Shown here: in pieces, positions 1 through 10,247 of the stretch | Position numbering within the stretch: the stretch's first letter is position 1 | Layout of the letters: each line of letters opens with the position of its first letter | Source: Candidatus Veblenbacteria bacterium | GTDB lineage: Bacteria; Patescibacteriota; Patescibacteriia; Veblenbacterales; UBA10138 | DNA: 64,000 nucleotides | Assembly (NCBI GenBank): GCA_037439965.1 | Contig: JBBIVB010000001.1 | Span: forward strand, 31,895 to 95,894 | Direction: 5' to 3' | Notes under the pieces: model-generated | Databases searched by the model: none | The model's input: the letters and a program-made list of their open reading frames with translations, nothing else | Told to the model about the DNA's origin: nothing | Position numbers and translations under genes: made by a program

Positions 1-317
1 TTGGTAAATTTATTCGTTCCTGGAGTCTTGATGAACTTCCTCAATTTTTTAATGTACTCTTAGGGCAAATGAGTTTAGTAGGCCCAAGGCCTCACGAACC
101 GCAAGAGGTGGCAAAATATCAAACTAATCATAAAAAAGTACTAAGCATTAAGCCCGGTATTACTGGATTGGCTCAAATTTCTGGTCGTTCTAGTTTAAGT
201 TTTATTGATGAGGTACGCCTGGATAGCTTTTATATAGAGAACTGGTCTTTATTTTATGATTTATTTATCTTGCTTAAAACAATAGTAGTAATTTTTCAAA
301 GGAAATATGCAGCATGA
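1..317 (+). CDS. Bacterial sugar transferase (polyprenyl-phosphate hexose-1-phosphate transferase, WbaP/PglC-like), C-terminal part; 5' end lies outside the window
   Basis: Frame 3 from position 3 translates KFIRSWSLDELPQFFNVLLGQMSLVGPRPH..., the canonical C-terminal catalytic motif of the bacterial sugar transferase family. The reading frame is open to the window edge. Confidence 0.8.
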   Translation, partial: GKFIRSWSLDELPQFFNVLLGQMSLVGPRPHEPQEVAKYQTNHKKVLSIKPGITGLAQISGRSSLSFIDEVRLDSFYIENWSLFYDLFILLKTIVVIFQRKYAA

Positions 318-1414
318 ATAAAAATTTATCTATTGCTTTAGCTCATGATCATTTAAACCAGTTTGGCGGCGCTGAACAGGTTTTAGCACAATTGCATAAA
401 TTATTTCCCCGAGCTCCTGTTTATACCGTGATGTTTGATGCAAAAGTAGTAGGTAAGGGGTTTGCTAATTGGGATATCCGTACTTCTTTTTTGCAAAGAG
501 TGCCAGCTGTTACCAGATGGTTTAAATGGTATCTAACTTTTATTCCGGCGGCGGTAGAGCACTTAGATTTATCTAACTATAATTTAGTTATTAGTTCCTG
601 TTCTGCTTTAATTAAAGGTTTGGTGTTAAAACCAGATGCTACCCATATTTGTTATTGCCATACACCTACCAGATACCTTTGGAGCGATACCCATCAATAT
701 ACAGAGGATTTAGAGCAGCCGAAAATCATTAAAAAAATCTTGCCAATGATTTTAACTAAACTACGACAATGGGATCAATTAGCAGCGCAAAGAGTTGATT
801 ATTTTATTGCTAATTCTGAATTTGTAGCGCGTCGTATAAATAAATACTATCATCGGCAGGCTGAAGTGATTTATCCGCCGGTTAATTTAGCTAACTTCAA
901 ACCTAGCTCTAAAATAGAAGATTATTATCTAGTAGTATCAAGGTTACGACCTTATAAACGGGTAGATCTAGCTATTAAAGCATTTAATAAATTAGGTATT
1001 CCATTAAAAATAATTGGTACAGGTCAACAATATCAAACCTTAAAAAAAATAGCTAAAGGTAATATAGAATTCTTAGGCCAAGTATCAGAAGCAGAAAAAG
1101 CGCATTATCTAAGTCATGCTCGAGCTTTAATTTTTCCACAAGAAGAAGATTTTGGTATTACAGCGGTAGAATCTTTAGCCTCTGGCAGACCAGTTATAGC
1201 TTATGCTGCTGGAGGCGTTTTAGAGATTTTAAAAGATGGTATTAGTGGCAAATTTTTTACTGAACAAACCTGGCAAGCTTTAGCCGACACTGTAATTAGA
1301 TTTAAGCCAGAAAATTTTGAGACAGACCGAATACTGTCTGAATCGTTAAAATTTGATAGTAAGGTTTTCTCTGATAAATTAAACACTTTTATCAATAAAG
1401 TTACAGCTAAATGA
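314..1414 (+). CDS. Glycosyltransferase family 4 (GT-B, retaining)
   Basis: C-terminal EEDFGITAVESLASGRPVIAYAAGG motif typical of GT4 enzymes. ATGA overlap with the next gene suggests translational coupling. Confidence 0.75.
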   Translation: MNKNLSIALAHDHLNQFGGAEQVLAQLHKLFPRAPVYTVMFDAKVVGKGFANWDIRTSFLQRVPAVTRWFKWYLTFIPAAVEHLDLSNYNLVISSCSALIKGLVLKPDATHICYCHTPTRYLWSDTHQYTEDLEQPKIIKKILPMILTKLRQWDQLAAQRVDYFIANSEFVARRINKYYHRQAEVIYPPVNLANFKPSSKIEDYYLVVSRLRPYKRVDLAIKAFNKLGIPLKIIGTGQQYQTLKKIAKGNIEFLGQVSEAEKAHYLSHARALIFPQEEDFGITAVESLASGRPVIAYAAGGVLEILKDGISGKFFTEQTWQALADTVIRFKPENFETDRILSESLKFDSKVFSDKLNTFINKVTAK

Positions 1415-2559
1415 AGTTAGGAGTTGATATTAGATGTTTACAAGACCGCCATTGGACCGGTGTAGCTTTGTATACCAGAAATATTTTAAAACAATTTACG
1501 GTCATACTAGGACAAGATTTAGAAATTGGCTTATTTGCCAATGCTTTAAAGCTTACTTGGGGTGGTAAAGTTGATGATTTAGGTTTAATAGCTTGCTCGC
1601 ATTTGCCCAATAGCTTGTTAAATTCTTTATGGCAAGTTAATTTAGGCCCCGCATTAGACACTATTTTAACAAAACATAATTTTAAACCACGAATCGTCTG
1701 GCTGCCTAATTTACATTTTTTCAAATTATCCCCACAGGTTATCAAGGCGGTTACTATTCACGATTTATCTTTTATCCATTTTCCACAATTTTTTTCCTGG
1801 AAAAAACGAGTTTGGTATCTAAATTACATTACTAAACAGGTTAGGTATGGCTTAAAAGATTTTTCTTTAATCTTGACAATATCACAACACACTGCTGATG
1901 ATTTTAGTAACCTACGTCCAGATTTAGCTAAAAGGGTGGTAGCAATTAAGCTTGGAGTAAACAAAGAATTTTTTATTTCTCAAAACCCAACACAAATACA
2001 AGCAGTTAAAGCTAAATTTAATCTACCAGATAATTATTTATTAACCGTAGGCACATTAGAGCCCAGAAAAAATCATTTATTGTTACTTAAAGTATTTGAA
2101 GAATTATGCCGGCAGGACAACTCTTTATCTTTGGTTATAGCTGGTGTTCGCGGTTGGCAATGGAAACCTATTATAAATTTCTGGCAAAAAATGGTATACA
2201 AAGACAAAGTGCATTTTATAGGCTATGTGGCGCACAGCGATAAGGCCGCTTTGTATGCCGGAGCGCAGCTGTTTCTTTATCCTTCTTTTTATGAAGGTTT
2301 TGGTTTTCCTCCACTTGAAGCTATGGCGTGCGGCGTTCCCACCTTAGTTTCCTCAGTGAGTTCGTTACCAGAAGTGGTACAAGATGGTGCAGTTCTTCTT
2401 GATCCTTGGATTCCAGATGAATGGTTGTATACTATAAGATATATCTTGGATAATAAAGACTACGCTAGTAAATTAGCTAAACGCGGCCAAGATGTAGCCC
2501 GGGGTTACAGTTGGGCTGATACAGCCAATAAAATTTTAACTGAATTCAATAAATTATGA
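1411..2559 (+). CDS. Glycosyltransferase family 4
   Basis: FYEGFGFPPLEAMACGVPTLVSSVSSLPEVV motif (E-x7-E region of GT4). ATGA overlaps with both neighbouring genes. Confidence 0.75.
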   Translation: MKLGVDIRCLQDRHWTGVALYTRNILKQFTVILGQDLEIGLFANALKLTWGGKVDDLGLIACSHLPNSLLNSLWQVNLGPALDTILTKHNFKPRIVWLPNLHFFKLSPQVIKAVTIHDLSFIHFPQFFSWKKRVWYLNYITKQVRYGLKDFSLILTISQHTADDFSNLRPDLAKRVVAIKLGVNKEFFISQNPTQIQAVKAKFNLPDNYLLTVGTLEPRKNHLLLLKVFEELCRQDNSLSLVIAGVRGWQWKPIINFWQKMVYKDKVHFIGYVAHSDKAALYAGAQLFLYPSFYEGFGFPPLEAMACGVPTLVSSVSSLPEVVQDGAVLLDPWIPDEWLYTIRYILDNKDYASKLAKRGQDVARGYSWADTANKILTEFNKL

Positions 2560-3656
2560 AAATAGCTTTTGATGCTAGATTATTTGGTATAAGGCATAGG
2601 GGTATCGGCATGTATACCGAGAATCTATTAATTACTTTAAAAGAGAAGGATCAAACTAATAATTATTATATTCTAGGAGGAGAGAATGCTAATTACCTAG
2701 CGTCAGCTAATTGGCAATTAATTAAAGCTGATTGTAGAGTTTATAGTTGTCGGGAGCAAATATTAATACCTAAGTTAATAAATAAATTAAAGCCAGATTT
2801 AGTTCATTATCCGCATTTTAATGTACCGCTTTGTAGTCAGCGACCGTTTATAGTTACAGTGCATGATTTAATACTTCATCAATTTCCTAATGAACGGGCT
2901 TCTACTTTACCTAAGTGGCTATATTGTTTTAAATTAGCTATCTATCATCTGGTAGTAAAGCGCGCGCTTACTAAAGCTCTAGCTATTATTACTGTTAGCC
3001 AGAGTGTTAAAGAGGATATTATTAAGTATTATCCACAAGTAGCTTCTAAGATTAAGGTAATTTATGAAGCTCCGGCTTTATTACCTAAAGATATACCTAA
3101 AGATCGAAAGGAACGTTTAATTAAAGAGGATTATTGGCTTTATGTTGGTGCTGCTTATCCTCATAAAAACTTAAGTTTATTGCTAAGAGCTTTTACTAAA
3201 GCCAAAAAGGGTAATAGGCAATTGGTATTGGTTGGTAGACAAGATTATTTTTATCAACAGTTAAAATTATTAGCTAAAAAAGAAAAGTTAACCAAAGGAG
3301 TTATATTTTGGGGTGAAGTCAGTCAAGTTAGTCTAGCTAATTTATATGCTAACGCGGCAGGTTACTTAAGCCCTTCTTTAGCAGAAGGATTTGATTTAAG
3401 TGCTTTGCAAGCAGCTTTTTTTCATAAGCCTATTTTAGCCAGTAATATAAAAGTTCATCAAGAAATCCTTAAAGAGGCCGCGATATTTTTTGAACCACAA
3501 AACTTAGAAGACTTAACTTGCAAATTAGAGCAATTTTATCAATCACCTCCAAAATTTAATTATCAAAAACTTGAGCAAGACTTAGCAGCTAGTTTTAATT
3601 GGCAAAAAACAGCCCAAGAAACTTTGTGTTTATACCAAAACTTGAAATTGTTATAA
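2556..3656 (+). CDS. Glycosyltransferase family 4-like
   Basis: LAEGFDLSALQAAFFHKPILASN motif, N-terminal GT4-like fold, same operon frame as the preceding GTs. Confidence 0.65.
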   Translation: MKIAFDARLFGIRHRGIGMYTENLLITLKEKDQTNNYYILGGENANYLASANWQLIKADCRVYSCREQILIPKLINKLKPDLVHYPHFNVPLCSQRPFIVTVHDLILHQFPNERASTLPKWLYCFKLAIYHLVVKRALTKALAIITVSQSVKEDIIKYYPQVASKIKVIYEAPALLPKDIPKDRKERLIKEDYWLYVGAAYPHKNLSLLLRAFTKAKKGNRQLVLVGRQDYFYQQLKLLAKKEKLTKGVIFWGEVSQVSLANLYANAAGYLSPSLAEGFDLSALQAAFFHKPILASNIKVHQEILKEAAIFFEPQNLEDLTCKLEQFYQSPPKFNYQKLEQDLAASFNWQKTAQETLCLYQNLKLL

Positions 3657-3674
3657 GATAACCTTAAAATTAAA

Positions 3675-6215
3675 TTGATGACTAAAGCTAAAATAGAAAT
3701 TAATCCCAAACCAAAAGCCGGCAACCAATCAAAAACTTGGCAATTCAAATTAAACAGCAAAAAAAAGCTTTTGGCTGTAGAAGGTTTTAGTAATGTAATT
3801 TCCCGTCATGTAATTAATTTGCGTCAACCTAAAGTTAGTAAAACACCGCAATCATCAGAAACTACAGCTTCTTGCCTTACTGCTACTTTTAATAAACAGA
3901 CTATAAAGTTTACTAAGGCAGATGTTAAACCGGTTAACTTTTTAAATGCCCAAAGTAGCTTATGGTATGTACCGTGGGTAAAATTAGAAAAGAAATTTCC
4001 TTTGCTTAGAGGTTTAACTATTCTTTTTTTAGCTGAGGTAGTTTATTGGTTTATTTATCACTGCTTAAAGTTTTTTGTTATTATCAGCTGGAAGTTATAT
4101 TTACAAACCAGCCACATTGTTAAAAGTATTTTAGAGGATTTAGCTTATTTTTTTGAATTATTAAGTTGCTCTTTAAAATTTTTAATTACACCCTGGTCTG
4201 CTTTGAAACCACGGCCTCAAAAGATTAATACTCATTTTATAGTGCCGCAACTTAAACAAATTACTGTTTTTATATTTATTCTATTTTTAATATTAGCGCC
4301 ACTTAAAATTTTATCTTTATGGAGATCACTTACCAGTGTCAAAGGATATTTAACCTCCTATGCTAACGCGGCTTTAGGAACTTTTACTAGCGCTAGTGAA
4401 AATTTATTTTCCGGAGAATACCTTAAAGCCCGCGAAAATTTTATAACGGCGGCTAAATATGTTAATGAGGCGGTTACCAATTTAGATAAAGCGACTGAAG
4501 AAATAGGTGTGCTATTAAACAATCCTTTAATTTTAGGGGCCAAGCTTAATTCCACAGAAAAATTATTAGCTGCTGCTAAAGAATTAAGTGAGGTAGGAAT
4601 TATTTTTAGCCATACTTTTGATGTTTTATCAGAAGCATCAAACAAACAATTAAATGATATAGAATTAGCTAATAAGACCTTAGTTTTAAAACAAGCTTTA
4701 TTAGATACCCAACTAAAAATATCGCAAAGTTACTTATTATTGCAAGAAGTTAATCCTAAAGAATTCCCTAGTGACTTAGCTCAGCAAGTTACTGAACTTA
4801 AATTATTATTAGCTGATTTACAGAAATTTATCCGTAATTTTTCAGCTGTACCAGAACTGATTAGTGTCTTAGTTCCTCCAGTAGGTCAAAAAACCTACTT
4901 ATTAGTATTTCAAAATTATTCAGAATTAAGACCTAGCGGCGGATTTATTGGCAGCTTAGCTTTTATTTATTTACAAGATGGTAAAATCACTAAGATTCAG
5001 ATTCCTGGCGGAGGACCTTATGATTTACAAGGACAGTTGCCGTATAAACTTATACCCCCAAAACCCTTGACTCTAATTAATCCACTTTGGCAATTACAGG
5101 ACAGTAATTGGTATTTCGATTTTCCTAAATCAGCACAAAATATCGCTTGGTTTGTTGAACAAAGTTGGCAAATTAAATTAGATGGGGTAATCAGCCTTAA
5201 CCCCGATGTAATAATTGAATTGTTAAAATTCACCGGCCCTATTGAGTTTACTAAATATAATAAGATAATTACTGCCGAAAATTTTATTCGCGAAACACAA
5301 GAAGCGGTAGATTTAGAATATGAAAAAACCCAAAATAGACCTAAAAAATTTATTGCTGATTTAGCGCCTCTCATCTTAGATCGTTTGCTTAAAAATAATT
5401 CAAAAAATATTTTTACTATTTATCAAACACTAAGCGAGATGTTAAAGAAAAAAAGTATTCAGCTTTATGTTACCGATACAACTGCAGAACAATTAATTAC
5501 CGATTTAGGCTGGGATGGGAGAGTGGCTCAATACGGCGGTGATTATTTAGCTATCGTACGTACTAACATTGGCGGCGGCAAAACTGATTTAGTCATAGAA
5601 GAAAAAGTTAACCATCAACTAACCATTAATCCAGATGGCCGATTAATAGCCACAATTAATTTTACCAGACATCATTTAGGCGATCCTTTTGATATATTTT
5701 ATCAGCGGCAAAATGTTTCCTGGCTTAAATTTTATGTACCCCAGAATAGTATTTTATTAGAAGCTAAAGGCTTTGATACTATAGAGGCCAATCGTTTTAA
5801 AACTGTGCCAGCAGAAGCTTTTGAGCACAATCTTTTTTCTGACGATCAAATAATAGAGCAGGTTAATAATTCTTCTACCACCATCGGGCAAGAATATGGC
5901 AAAACTTATTTTGCTAACTGGTTAACTTTAAAACCTGGCGAAAGTAAAACTGTTACGCTTACTTATCAACTACCATTTACTTTAGCAGACTTAACAGATG
6001 ATAATAAATTTTATAATTATCAAATATTTTTTCAAAGACAATCAGGAGTGAAGCCTCTATCTTTTACTACTACTGTTAATAAACCAGTTGATTTAATAGT
6101 TAAATGGCAAGAAGCATCTGGAAATTTACAGGTAATGGGAAAGCCGTTTCACTGGCAGGGTGATTGGCAAACCGATAGCTATTATGCTCTATTATTAGAG
6201 AAAATTAAGGAGTGA
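3675..6215 (+). CDS. Large membrane-anchored DUF4012-like protein of unknown function
   Basis: 846 aa ORF with hydrophobic helices near residues 110-220. Central ELRPSGGFIGSLAFIYLQDG segment matches the conserved RPxGGFIGS core I recall for DUF4012 proteins, which often sit in cell-wall polysaccharide clusters. Confidence 0.5.
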   Translation: MMTKAKIEINPKPKAGNQSKTWQFKLNSKKKLLAVEGFSNVISRHVINLRQPKVSKTPQSSETTASCLTATFNKQTIKFTKADVKPVNFLNAQSSLWYVPWVKLEKKFPLLRGLTILFLAEVVYWFIYHCLKFFVIISWKLYLQTSHIVKSILEDLAYFFELLSCSLKFLITPWSALKPRPQKINTHFIVPQLKQITVFIFILFLILAPLKILSLWRSLTSVKGYLTSYANAALGTFTSASENLFSGEYLKARENFITAAKYVNEAVTNLDKATEEIGVLLNNPLILGAKLNSTEKLLAAAKELSEVGIIFSHTFDVLSEASNKQLNDIELANKTLVLKQALLDTQLKISQSYLLLQEVNPKEFPSDLAQQVTELKLLLADLQKFIRNFSAVPELISVLVPPVGQKTYLLVFQNYSELRPSGGFIGSLAFIYLQDGKITKIQIPGGGPYDLQGQLPYKLIPPKPLTLINPLWQLQDSNWYFDFPKSAQNIAWFVEQSWQIKLDGVISLNPDVIIELLKFTGPIEFTKYNKIITAENFIRETQEAVDLEYEKTQNRPKKFIADLAPLILDRLLKNNSKNIFTIYQTLSEMLKKKSIQLYVTDTTAEQLITDLGWDGRVAQYGGDYLAIVRTNIGGGKTDLVIEEKVNHQLTINPDGRLIATINFTRHHLGDPFDIFYQRQNVSWLKFYVPQNSILLEAKGFDTIEANRFKTVPAEAFEHNLFSDDQIIEQVNNSSTTIGQEYGKTYFANWLTLKPGESKTVTLTYQLPFTLADLTDDNKFYNYQIFFQRQSGVKPLSFTTTVNKPVDLIVKWQEASGNLQVMGKPFHWQGDWQTDSYYALLLEKIKE

Positions 6216-6269
6216 AGTAATAAAGTCTTGACAAAACGTTACTTTGGGTGTAGTCTAATAAGTTGTCAT

Positions 6270-6428
6270 ATATTGTCAAAAGATAAATGGAGGAATTTGG
6301 GAATGTACGGGAAGCCTGTACGATTAAAATCAACATAGATTTAAATTGTACTCTTCACTAGTTTGAACACCACTTTAATTAGGTCACTTCAAGCCTTTCT
6401 CAAACCTCCAGTTATCTTTTGACAATTT
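6270..6428. repeat. Pair of 24-bp inverted repeats (22/24 match) flanking a 111-bp core, in the murJ upstream region
   Basis: 6270-6293 atattgtcaaaagataaatggagg; the reverse complement of 6405-6428 is aaattgtcaaaagataactggagg. Confidence 0.55.
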
Positions 6429-6493
6429 TTATTAGTCAAAACCCCACCCGGCTATCAAACTAACGGGTACTCCAATGCTCTTTATTTCATAAT

Positions 6494-6513
6494 TTTCCTG
6501 TAAATACAGGAAA
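6494..6513. promoter_or_regulatory. Perfect 20-bp palindrome TTTCCTGTA-aa-TACAGGAAA, candidate operator
   Basis: 9-bp arms are exact reverse complements. Located about 160 bp upstream of the murJ start. Confidence 0.3.
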
Positions 6514-6550
6514 CTCGTCTAATTTATTTTAGGCGAACAACTCTCTTCTC

Positions 6551-6571
6551 AATTCTATTAAAAATAGAATT
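6551..6571. promoter_or_regulatory. Perfect 21-bp palindrome AATTCTATT-aaa-AATAGAATT, candidate operator or hairpin
   Basis: 9-bp arms are exact reverse complements. About 100 bp upstream of the murJ start. Confidence 0.3.
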
Positions 6572-6671
6572 AAAGAATGAAGTAATTAGTATTAAGAGTT
6601 CTTCTGTTAATTGGTAGCCAGGTGTGGTTTTGTATTCATTTTTTAAGAAAAAACGCTATAATTAATTTGTT

Positions 6672-8261
6672 ATGGATACAGCAACTGTACCATCGGTACC
6701 TAAATTTAGTGTTAGCACTAATGCATTAATTATTGGTTTCTTTTCTGTAGTTTCCAGAATTTTAGGGCTGTTGCGCGATCGTTTATTAGCTTCGCATTTT
6801 GGTGCTGGCGATGTATTGGATGCTTACTATGCTGCTTTTAAGCTACCTGATTTTATTTTTAATATATTTATTTTAGGGGCTTTGTCGTCTGCTTTTATTC
6901 CGGTATTTATTGAAGCCAGAAAACATCAAGGGGAAAGCATGGCTTGGCAAATAACCAATACTGTTTTGAACTTTCTTTTGTTGGTAATGTCTATTTTATG
7001 TTTGCTGAGTATCATCTTTGCTCCGCTATTTGTACCGGTCTTAACACCTGGATTTAGTCTAGCCAAACAAGCCCTAACTATTAATTTAACGCGTTTAATG
7101 ATGGTGGCCATAATTTTTTTGGCAGTAAGTAATTTATTTGGCGCCGTACTTAACTCCTATAAAAGATTTATTGCCTATGGCTTAGCTCCTGTGCTATACA
7201 ATATTGGCATTATCTTGGGTTTATTTATCTTGGTGCCGTTTTTTGGGCCATCTGGCTTAGCTGGTGGTGTATTATTAGGTGCTATACTTCATACTGCCTG
7301 TCAATTACCAACTATACGCCGTTTAGGTTGGCGTTGGGGTCTTAAATTTTTTCTGGCTGACTATTATTTCCAAAAAATCATTCGTTTAATGATTCCTCGC
7401 ACCTTAGGACTTGCTGTTTACTCTATTAATCAACTAGTGATTACTTATTTTGCTTCACTTTTGGCTAGTGGTAGTCTAGCTGCCTTTGTTTTAGCTACCA
7501 ACTTACAAAGTTTTCCTATTAATGTTTTTGGTGTGTCATTGGCCATAGCAGTTTTTCCTATCTTTAGTGAGTCCTTTGCTAATAACAAAAAACAAGAATT
7601 AATAGAACATTTAGCTAATTCTCTTAAAAGGGTATTGTTTTTCACTATACCTTTAAGCGTACTATTTTTAGTACTAAGAGCCCAAGTAGTTAGAATAATT
7701 TTAGGCAGTGGCAATTTTGATTGGGGAGATACTATTAACACCGCTAATGTTTTTGCCTTCCTCTCATTATCTTTAGTAGCAGAAAGTTTATTACCTCTTA
7801 TAGCTCGCGCCTTTTACGCTCAACACGATACTAAAACTCCAGTCATGGTTAGTATCTTAAGTGTCTTTTTAAATTTAACCTTGGCAACCTTTTTAATTAA
7901 GCCTTTGGGTATCTCCGGACTAGCTATAGCTTATGTTTCTTCTACCATCATCAACTTTTTAATCTTAACTTATTTATTAAGTAAACGTTTAAGCTATATG
8001 AATGCTAAAAGTATTGTTAATTCAGGCTGGCAGATGTTACAAGCCAGCTTGTTAGCGGGGATGGTCTGTTATGGTATTTTACATTTACTAGCACCCTTGG
8101 TAGATATGCATTCCTTTGCGGGGATTTTTATTCAAGGCGTATCAGCTGGTTTGGCCGGTTTATTAACCTATCTGTTTGTGGCTCATAAACTAAAAATTCA
8201 GGAGGTGTGTTTTGTTAAAAAATATCTTAATCTAATTTTAGCTAAATTAAAATTAGCTTGA
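6672..8261 (+). CDS. murJ: MurJ/MviN family lipid II flippase (MOP superfamily)
   Basis: N-terminal ILGLLRDRLLASHFGAGDVLDAYYAAFKLPDFIFNIF is the hallmark MurJ signature. The protein is about 14-TM and 529 aa. Confidence 0.8.
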   Translation: MDTATVPSVPKFSVSTNALIIGFFSVVSRILGLLRDRLLASHFGAGDVLDAYYAAFKLPDFIFNIFILGALSSAFIPVFIEARKHQGESMAWQITNTVLNFLLLVMSILCLLSIIFAPLFVPVLTPGFSLAKQALTINLTRLMMVAIIFLAVSNLFGAVLNSYKRFIAYGLAPVLYNIGIILGLFILVPFFGPSGLAGGVLLGAILHTACQLPTIRRLGWRWGLKFFLADYYFQKIIRLMIPRTLGLAVYSINQLVITYFASLLASGSLAAFVLATNLQSFPINVFGVSLAIAVFPIFSESFANNKKQELIEHLANSLKRVLFFTIPLSVLFLVLRAQVVRIILGSGNFDWGDTINTANVFAFLSLSLVAESLLPLIARAFYAQHDTKTPVMVSILSVFLNLTLATFLIKPLGISGLAIAYVSSTIINFLILTYLLSKRLSYMNAKSIVNSGWQMLQASLLAGMVCYGILHLLAPLVDMHSFAGIFIQGVSAGLAGLLTYLFVAHKLKIQEVCFVKKYLNLILAKLKLA

Positions 8262-8271
8262 TATTTTATTT

Positions 8272-10077
8272 ATGGATTCATCTTTAATTCGTAACTTTTG
8301 CATTATTGCACATATTGATCATGGTAAATCAACTTTAGCTGATAGATTTTTAGAATTAACTGAAACAGTGGCTAAACGAGAAATGAAGGAACAGGTTTTA
8401 GACCAAATGGATATAGAAAGGGAACGGGGGATTACTATTAAATTAACGCCGGTATTAATGAAATGGCAAAATTATTATTTAAATTTAATAGATACCCCAG
8501 GTCATGTTGATTTTAATTATGAGGTTTCTCGCTCGCTTGCTTGTGTTGAAGGGGCTATACTCTTAGTCGACGCTACACAAGGCATTCAAGCACAAACTTT
8601 AGCTAATTTGCATTTAGCACAAAACGCTGGTTTGGTAATTATTCCAGTGATTAACAAAATTGATTTACCTAATGCTCAAATAGAACAAACTGCCGAAGAA
8701 ATAGCTAATTTATTAAATATAAATAAATCAACTATTCATCAAATATCAGCTAAAACCGGCACTGGGGTTAAAGAATTGTTAAATAGTATTATTAAGCTGG
8801 TACCACCACCAAAATCAATTAATAATCAGTTTGCGGCTTTGATCTTTGACTCGCATTATGATGAATGGCGCGGGGTTGTAGCCTCTGTTAGAATTATGTC
8901 TGGTAGTATTAAAGCTGGTGATAAATATTGGCTAACAGGCAGTAAAATTACCGGTGAAGTATTGGAAGTAGGAATCTATAATCCTAAAAGCCAATCAGTA
9001 AAAGAACTAACCAGCGGTCAGATAGGCTATTTAGTTACTGGAGTAAAAAAAATTGAATTAGTGCGAGTGGGTGATACAGTAGCAAAAGAACAAGGGCAGA
9101 GAGTTTTAGCTGGTTATCAAGAGCCAAAACCAATGGTTTTTGCTGGTTTTTATCCTGCTGGCAGGGGAGAGAGTAAAAATTTACGAGATAGTTTAACTAA
9201 ATTAAAACTCAATGATGCTAGCCTAATTTTTGAACCTGAAAATTCTCAAGCATTAGGTTTTGGTTTTAGAGTTGGTTTTTTAGGCTTACTACATTTAGAA
9301 ATCACCAAGGAGCGGCTAAAGCGAGAATTCGCTATACAGCCAGTAATTACCTCGCCTTCTGTGGCTTACCAAATAGAACTGAATGATAACCAACGTATAA
9401 CAGTTAAAGGTGCGGCTGAATTACCGCCTGAATATAAAATTAAAAAAATATACGAGCCATATGTCATTATGGAAATTATCTGCCCGCAAATATATTTAGG
9501 CAATGTGATGACGTTAGTGCAAGAATATCGTGGTGTTTGGCAAAATACTAACTACCTATCTGCTGGAGTTAATAAAAAATCCGACCGCGCTATCTTAAAA
9601 TATTACGCTCCGTTATCTACTTTGTTATTAGATTTTTATGACCAGTTAAAAAGCGTTAGCCAAGGTTATGCCTCGTTAAATTATGAATTTTTAGAATACC
9701 GTCCTTGCTGTATTAAAAAATTAGATATTCTTATTGCCGACGAAATAGTTGAATCACTAGCTACGTTAGTTTATGAAGATGAGGCTTATTTCAGAGCGCG
9801 AGCCATAGTTACCAAATTAAAAGAAATAATCCCCAGACAAATGTTTGAAGTAAAGATTCAAGCTAGCCTAGGGGGCAAAATAATAGCTGCTGAAAGATTA
9901 TCTGCTATGCGTAAAGATGTATTAAAACGCGCTTCTTCTGGCGGTGACGTAACGCGTAAAATAAAATTATTGCAAAAACAAAAAAGAGGCAAAAAGCGAA
10001 TGCGGGAACAAGGCCACGTCACTATTCCCCAAGAGGCTTATCTTAGTTTATTAACCAAACAAATTAAAACTGAATAG
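8272..10077 (+). CDS. lepA: Translation elongation factor 4 (LepA)
   Basis: IRNFCIIAHIDHGKSTLADRFLELT G1 motif, DTPGHVDF G3 motif, 601 aa with a LepA C-terminal domain. Confidence 0.9.
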   Translation: MDSSLIRNFCIIAHIDHGKSTLADRFLELTETVAKREMKEQVLDQMDIERERGITIKLTPVLMKWQNYYLNLIDTPGHVDFNYEVSRSLACVEGAILLVDATQGIQAQTLANLHLAQNAGLVIIPVINKIDLPNAQIEQTAEEIANLLNINKSTIHQISAKTGTGVKELLNSIIKLVPPPKSINNQFAALIFDSHYDEWRGVVASVRIMSGSIKAGDKYWLTGSKITGEVLEVGIYNPKSQSVKELTSGQIGYLVTGVKKIELVRVGDTVAKEQGQRVLAGYQEPKPMVFAGFYPAGRGESKNLRDSLTKLKLNDASLIFEPENSQALGFGFRVGFLGLLHLEITKERLKREFAIQPVITSPSVAYQIELNDNQRITVKGAAELPPEYKIKKIYEPYVIMEIICPQIYLGNVMTLVQEYRGVWQNTNYLSAGVNKKSDRAILKYYAPLSTLLLDFYDQLKSVSQGYASLNYEFLEYRPCCIKKLDILIADEIVESLATLVYEDEAYFRARAIVTKLKEIIPRQMFEVKIQASLGGKIIAAERLSAMRKDVLKRASSGGDVTRKIKLLQKQKRGKKRMREQGHVTIPQEAYLSLLTKQIKTE

Positions 10078-10247
10078 CTGGGGCAATCGTTAAAATAACC
10101 ATTGTCAAAGCTACGATGATTGATAAAATTATCCAGAATCTTCTTATGGTTTTGGAGCGCATAATATAAGAATATCTTTTTTATAATAAAAAGAAAAGAG
10201 TTAAATTATATTTTAAGAAATAGTGTTAATATGTTATAATTTAATCT

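Noticed and set aside
1411-2559. Possibility of an alternative genetic code (UGA recoded, as in some CPR lineages)
   Set aside because: TGA is clearly used as a stop in ATGA start/stop overlaps (1411-1414, 2556-2559) and at other gene ends. Standard code 11 fits all long ORFs.
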